From assembly GCA_005191425.1 (NCBI GenBank), contig SUPR01000136.1:1-7209 (forward strand): 7,209 bases of DNA, given 5' to 3'. This stretch comes from Candidatus Helarchaeota ASGARD archaeon Hel_GB_B (GTDB lineage: Archaea; Asgardarchaeota; Lokiarchaeia; Helarchaeales; HEL-GB-B). Each line of letters opens with the position of its first letter. The stretch's first letter is position 1. The notes beneath the pieces are model-generated. The model was not told where the DNA came from. It searched no databases and saw only the letters and a program-made list of their open reading frames with translations. The position numbers and the translations under genes are program-made. This document shows, one piece after another, positions 5,865 to 7,209 of this stretch.

Positions 5865-7202
5865 ATGAGTGTTGAAATAGATTTATGTACAAGAGTAGAA
5901 GGACAGGGACGAATATATTATAGCTTCCAGAATGGACAAATTTCAAGTGTAAATTTTGAGGTATATGGATTTAGAAATTTTGAAAATCTTCTAGTAAATA
6001 AAAAATTAATTGAAGTCCCAAGAATTACTTCAAGAATATGCGGATTATGTCATGTTGCTCAAAGTATTGTAAGTTGTAAAGCAATTGAAAACATGTTTAA
6101 TATTACACCTTCAAAATATACAGTCTTATTAAGGCGTCTTTTAATGACTGGCGATCATATTAAGTCTCATATTGCACATATCTTTTTTCAAACATTCTCA
6201 GACCTTTTATATATATTACGAGAGGAGAAAAAAAATATTGCCCCAAATAAAATAATCAAATATGACCCAGAAATAACATCACATGCTTTCAATTTAATTA
6301 AATATAGTTCAGCCATTGTAAATATCCTTGGTGGTAGGTTCATACACCCTATCACGCCTGCAATTGGCGGCTTTTATTATACACCATCTAAAAGGAACAT
6401 AGAATCACTTAAAAAATATTTTGCAGAATCATTTAACAGCTTGAAAATAATAATAATAAAATTTATAGATTTATTCCATAAAATCTCACCACCTGATGAA
6501 TTCTCATTTGGAAATCCTGTTTTTATGGGGTTAAACAATGACTCTTATTTTGATATTTATGAAGGTATAATAAGAATTAAAGATAATGATGGGATATTAT
6601 CTTATTTTGATGTAAATAAATATACCGACTATTTAAAAAGAGAAGACAGGGCAGAAATATATATCAATTTTAATGGACAAAAAGAATTATTTGTTGGCCC
6701 AATTGGTCGGTATAACATTGTAGAAAATTATGGAAATGGTATTGTAGATAACTATTTAGATTATTTTAATAAAACTTGGAAATCCAGTTTGCTTTTCTCT
6801 AATTTTTTAGCTTTATTCGAATTATTGATTTTAATCGATCAAGGAATATCCATCTTAAATGATAAAAAATTAACTAGACCTGAACCGACTAATTCAACGA
6901 ACATTATAAAAAAGAGAGAAGGTATTGGCGTTTTGGAAGCTCCAAGAGGGCTTTTAATACATGATTATAAAGTAAATGAAAATAAAAACATTTTAGACAA
7001 AGCTAGGCTTTTTATCCCCACGGAGATGAATATTCCTTTAATAAATAAAATACTCACCCGATATTGTAAGAATTTTTACTCTACAACTCAAGATTTAGAT
7101 AGAATGAAATATAATGCACAAATTATATTGAGAAGTTTTGATCCTTGTATATCTTGTGCAACACATTTTGTTAATAAAATTGATTGTAAAAGATGTGAAT
7201 AA
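5865..7202 (+). CDS. mvhA: Group 3 [NiFe]-hydrogenase large (catalytic) subunit, MvhA-like
   Basis: It has TRVEG, L1 RICGLC (6033-6050), GGRFIHP, VGPIGRYN, EAPRGLLIHDY, PTEMN and L2 RSFDPCISCATH, with all four Ni/Fe Cys ligands. The ATG at 5865 (after SD-like AAGTTGAT) is preferred over the TTG at 5856. Confidence 0.92.
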   Translation: MSVEIDLCTRVEGQGRIYYSFQNGQISSVNFEVYGFRNFENLLVNKKLIEVPRITSRICGLCHVAQSIVSCKAIENMFNITPSKYTVLLRRLLMTGDHIKSHIAHIFFQTFSDLLYILREEKKNIAPNKIIKYDPEITSHAFNLIKYSSAIVNILGGRFIHPITPAIGGFYYTPSKRNIESLKKYFAESFNSLKIIIIKFIDLFHKISPPDEFSFGNPVFMGLNNDSYFDIYEGIIRIKDNDGILSYFDVNKYTDYLKREDRAEIYINFNGQKELFVGPIGRYNIVENYGNGIVDNYLDYFNKTWKSSLLFSNFLALFELLILIDQGISILNDKKLTRPEPTNSTNIIKKREGIGVLEAPRGLLIHDYKVNENKNILDKARLFIPTEMNIPLINKILTRYCKNFYSTTQDLDRMKYNAQIILRSFDPCISCATHFVNKIDCKRCE

Positions 7203-7204
7203 AA

Positions 7205-7209
7205 ATGGT
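7205..7209 (+). CDS. Possible start of the next operon gene (truncated by the window edge)
   Basis: An ATG at 7205 sits 2 nt after the mvhA stop and is preceded by SD-like GATGTGA. Only 5 nt are visible. Confidence 0.3.

Noticed and set aside
1-7209. CRISPR array, tRNA/rRNA, transposase or integrase
   Set aside because: No regularly spaced repeats, cloverleaf or rRNA-like GC-rich segments, or DDE/tyrosine-recombinase motifs were seen.

Overview
This is a very AT-rich window that looks archaeal; an Asgard/Lokiarchaeia-like origin is an inference from gene content and GGTGA-type ribosome-binding sites. The left third carries a decayed ABC-class/AAA_15-AAA_21-type ATPase on the minus strand. 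It runs in one reading frame from 1020 past the window edge and is broken by two in-frame stops, TAG at 898-900 and TAA at 244-246; the ORF track shows only the middle piece. Next come about 700 bp of non-coding DNA and an orphan gene with a ribbon-helix-helix-like N-terminus (minus strand). The right two thirds hold a divergently transcribed, tightly coupled operon: a single polypeptide fusing a winged-helix DNA-binding domain, HdrA and MvhD, followed by group 3 [NiFe]-hydrogenase small (MvhG-like) and large (MvhA-like) subunits. The most interesting signal is this wHTH-HdrA-MvhD fusion. Its HdrA part keeps the FAD site, both 2x[4Fe-4S] ferredoxin domains and the flavin-tuning Glu/Lys, but has lost 3 of the 4 cysteines of the FAD-proximal cluster. 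The paired hydrogenase has His-to-Gln changes near its active site. Together these suggest, as a hypothesis only, an Mvh/Hdr module repurposed as an H2/redox-sensing one-component transcription regulator. A perfect 10-4-10 palindrome upstream is a candidate operator.
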